IMG/VR virus record: IMGVR_UViG_3300046467_002136
Span: 50,038 to 114,037 of that record
Reading direction: 5' to 3' (one strand)
DNA from: a virus
DNA length: 64,000 bases
This document shows positions 62,508 through 64,000 of the stretch, one piece after another. The notes below the pieces were generated by a model. It was not told where the DNA came from. It saw only the letters and a program-made list of their open reading frames with translations, and made no database searches. The position numbers were made by a program, and so were the translations under genes. Within the stretch, counting starts at the first letter, position 1. The number at the start of each line of letters is the position of its first letter.

Positions 62508-62870
62508 ATGAACGGGGCTGAACAACCCACACCCCCACCCCAAAAAGGCCCCACGGGACCCAGACAACACACAATCTACGAAGCCCTAGAAATTTATTTA
62601 AACGAACTCGGCCACCTATCCTTCAACGAAACACCCGACGACTACCTAAAAACAAGCCTCGTCATAGAAAACCTCATGGAAATCCTCCTAAACAGCGACA
62701 ACTACGACACACACGGCATCATCATCGACGGAGACGAACTCACCAAAGACGCCTACAAAAAAGGCATCAAACTCTACAACAAAAAAAAGAAACAACTCCA
62801 CCTGCAATGGACACTCACACTCATCACAACCATCACACTCATCACCATCCTCCACTCCGCACTCTCCTGA
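62508..62870 (+). CDS. Hypothetical protein with C-terminal hydrophobic segment
   Basis: 120 aa ORF in an extremely A/C-rich stretch. Confidence 0.45.
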   Translation: MNGAEQPTPPPQKGPTGPRQHTIYEALEIYLNELGHLSFNETPDDYLKTSLVIENLMEILLNSDNYDTHGIIIDGDELTKDAYKKGIKLYNKKKKQLHLQWTLTLITTITLITILHSALS

Positions 62871-62922
62871 ATTAAACCAGAGAAACATACACACCAAAAT
62901 TCTGTATGCGTGCCCCCACAGC

Positions 62923-62938
62923 CCGAACGTGTGTTCGA
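62923..62938. promoter_or_regulatory. LexA (SOS) box
   Basis: CCGAAC-GTGT-GTTCGA matches the Gram-positive/actinobacterial consensus TCGAAC-N4-GTTCGA at 11 of 12 positions and lies in an intergenic region. Confidence 0.65.
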
Positions 62939-63175
62939 AAAGTTTGCGGGACTATGAAGTGACGGTTCGGTAACTTCGTTCGGATTCGCTGAGGGTTGGC
63001 TCATGGTTTCGTTTGCGTGTTGTTCGTGGTTGTTCTTCGGTTGAGCTTGCGAAACGGGGCGGAAGACAACTCGGATGCTCGGTAGGTCGAGAGTGGGGAT
63101 GGTATCCCTTGGCTTTTCTCAACAATCCGTGTTGCGAGGTTGCAAGTCGTTGGCATAACCGCTAGGCTCGTTTCC

Positions 63176-63463
63176 ATGACAGGGCTAATCAGAATCGCAG
63201 TCACCACAGCAGCCGCCGCAATCTTCATGGTTCTCGCCATCGGATTCTTCGGCTGGTCGAACGAACGTCACTCCCGTTTCACTTGTGAGGGTGAGACGCA
63301 TGTGGCCCAACCGTTCGACACCATATGGGACATCGCACGCACCCGGTGTGAAGGCAACCTAGAGAACGCCGTGTACCACTTCGTCCAACTCAATGGTGGG
63401 ACGGCATCGATCCAGATCGGTCAGGAAATTCGCGTGCCCTCTACGGGTAATGCTGATGAGTAG
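63176..63463 (+). CDS. TM + LysM protein (YneA/ChiZ/DivS-like architecture)
   Basis: An N-terminal TM helix followed by HVAQPFDTIWDIA...LNG...IQIGQEIRVP. Confidence 0.75.
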   Translation: MTGLIRIAVTTAAAAIFMVLAIGFFGWSNERHSRFTCEGETHVAQPFDTIWDIARTRCEGNLENAVYHFVQLNGGTASIQIGQEIRVPSTGNADE

Positions 63464-63734
63464 AGAGCCGTGGAAGCACAAGGCAGCCTGCATCTCTGCT
63501 GACACCACTCTCTTCTTCTCCAAACGTGGAGGCAGTAGAGGTCCAGCCTTGGAGTACTGCCATCATTGTGATGTGAGAGATTCCTGTCTCGCTGAGGCCG
63601 TCGTTCAGCCTGACCTCCTTGGTATCTGGGGCGGCACTACTCAGAGGGAACGTAGGAACATCCGACATCAGGAGAAGCTTTCGCCCTCCATGTCTTTCGC
63701 TGATGTCCTCGCTGTCATCCGGAGCCTTGACTGA
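63456..63734 (+). CDS. whiB: WhiB-family transcription factor (second copy)
   Basis: W...AAC...LFF...CHHCDVRDSCL...GIWGGTTQRER motif. Confidence 0.92.
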   Translation: MSREPWKHKAACISADTTLFFSKRGGSRGPALEYCHHCDVRDSCLAEAVVQPDLLGIWGGTTQRERRNIRHQEKLSPSMSFADVLAVIRSLD

Positions 63735-63781
63735 TGTTGCCCCTCCTTGACACGACGTTGACATCCAACTAAGATGCGCAC

Positions 63782-64000
63782 ATGACGAAGAGGGAACAGT
63801 TCTTGGAGGTACAGACGCACTCGCACCCTTGCGAAGAAGGATGTACCTGTTATCGACACGCCACAATGAGCCGCCTCTGCCCATTAGTCAATCCCGAAAC
63901 TGGACGGCGCTGTGTCAAGAAACTCAACTGCAAAGGCATGTGTCGCAATCACTATGTAACAGCAGAGAAGTATGGCGACCCTTTCCATGTGGAGATCCAC
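63782..64000 (+). CDS. Partial Cys/His-rich protein, probably an HNH endonuclease N-terminus
   Basis: My translation contains C...C...KGMCRNHY....YGDP. Runs off the right edge. Confidence 0.5.
   Translation, partial: MTKREQFLEVQTHSHPCEEGCTCYRHATMSRLCPLVNPETGRRCVKKLNCKGMCRNHYVTAEKYGDPFHVEIH

Overview
The window is part of a large tailed dsDNA phage genome, and I saw no host housekeeping context. A tail sheath gene indicates a contractile tail. The host is probably an actinobacterium, possibly Acidimicrobiia, judging from two WhiB genes, an actinobacterial-type ferredoxin, a GAAC-N4-GTTC SOS box and many leaderless promoters. The left arm (1-12.9 kb, minus strand) encodes tail sheath and neck genes, a ParB/PAPS-reductase (IbrAB-like) cluster, a 2OG-Fe(II) oxygenase, RuvC, HNH, a RecB/Cas4-like exonuclease, a Rad52-like annealase and TerL. 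The middle (13-44.8 kb, plus strand) encodes an HK97-type portal, prohead protease and major capsid protein, but about 28 kb separates the protease start from the capsid gene. That interval holds giant ORFs of 600-2243 aa with a shared peptide grammar: a Lys-Ala/Gly site, then a Gly/Arg-rich linker, then one of two short motifs (FDPxAxDGDxDGxxQEGT or RCPxG-x4/5-FTD-x4-C). Four of them are cut into modules by 24 copies of G-[M/L/V]-R-S. The modules include ADP-ribosyltransferase-like, zeta-toxin-like kinase, ParB-like and zincin domains, plus a cassette duplicated between genes exactly at GMRS borders. My best candidate for an undescribed system is this set of capsid-packaged, proteolytically processed effector polyproteins. 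The right arm encodes SNase, WhiB, a primase-helicase, a displaced TerS-like protein, class II RNR with a ferredoxin, envelope enzymes, SSB, five U34 tRNAs, an endolysin and an SOS-box-linked TM-LysM (YneA/ChiZ-like) gene. All family assignments come from motif recognition by eye; no searches were run.
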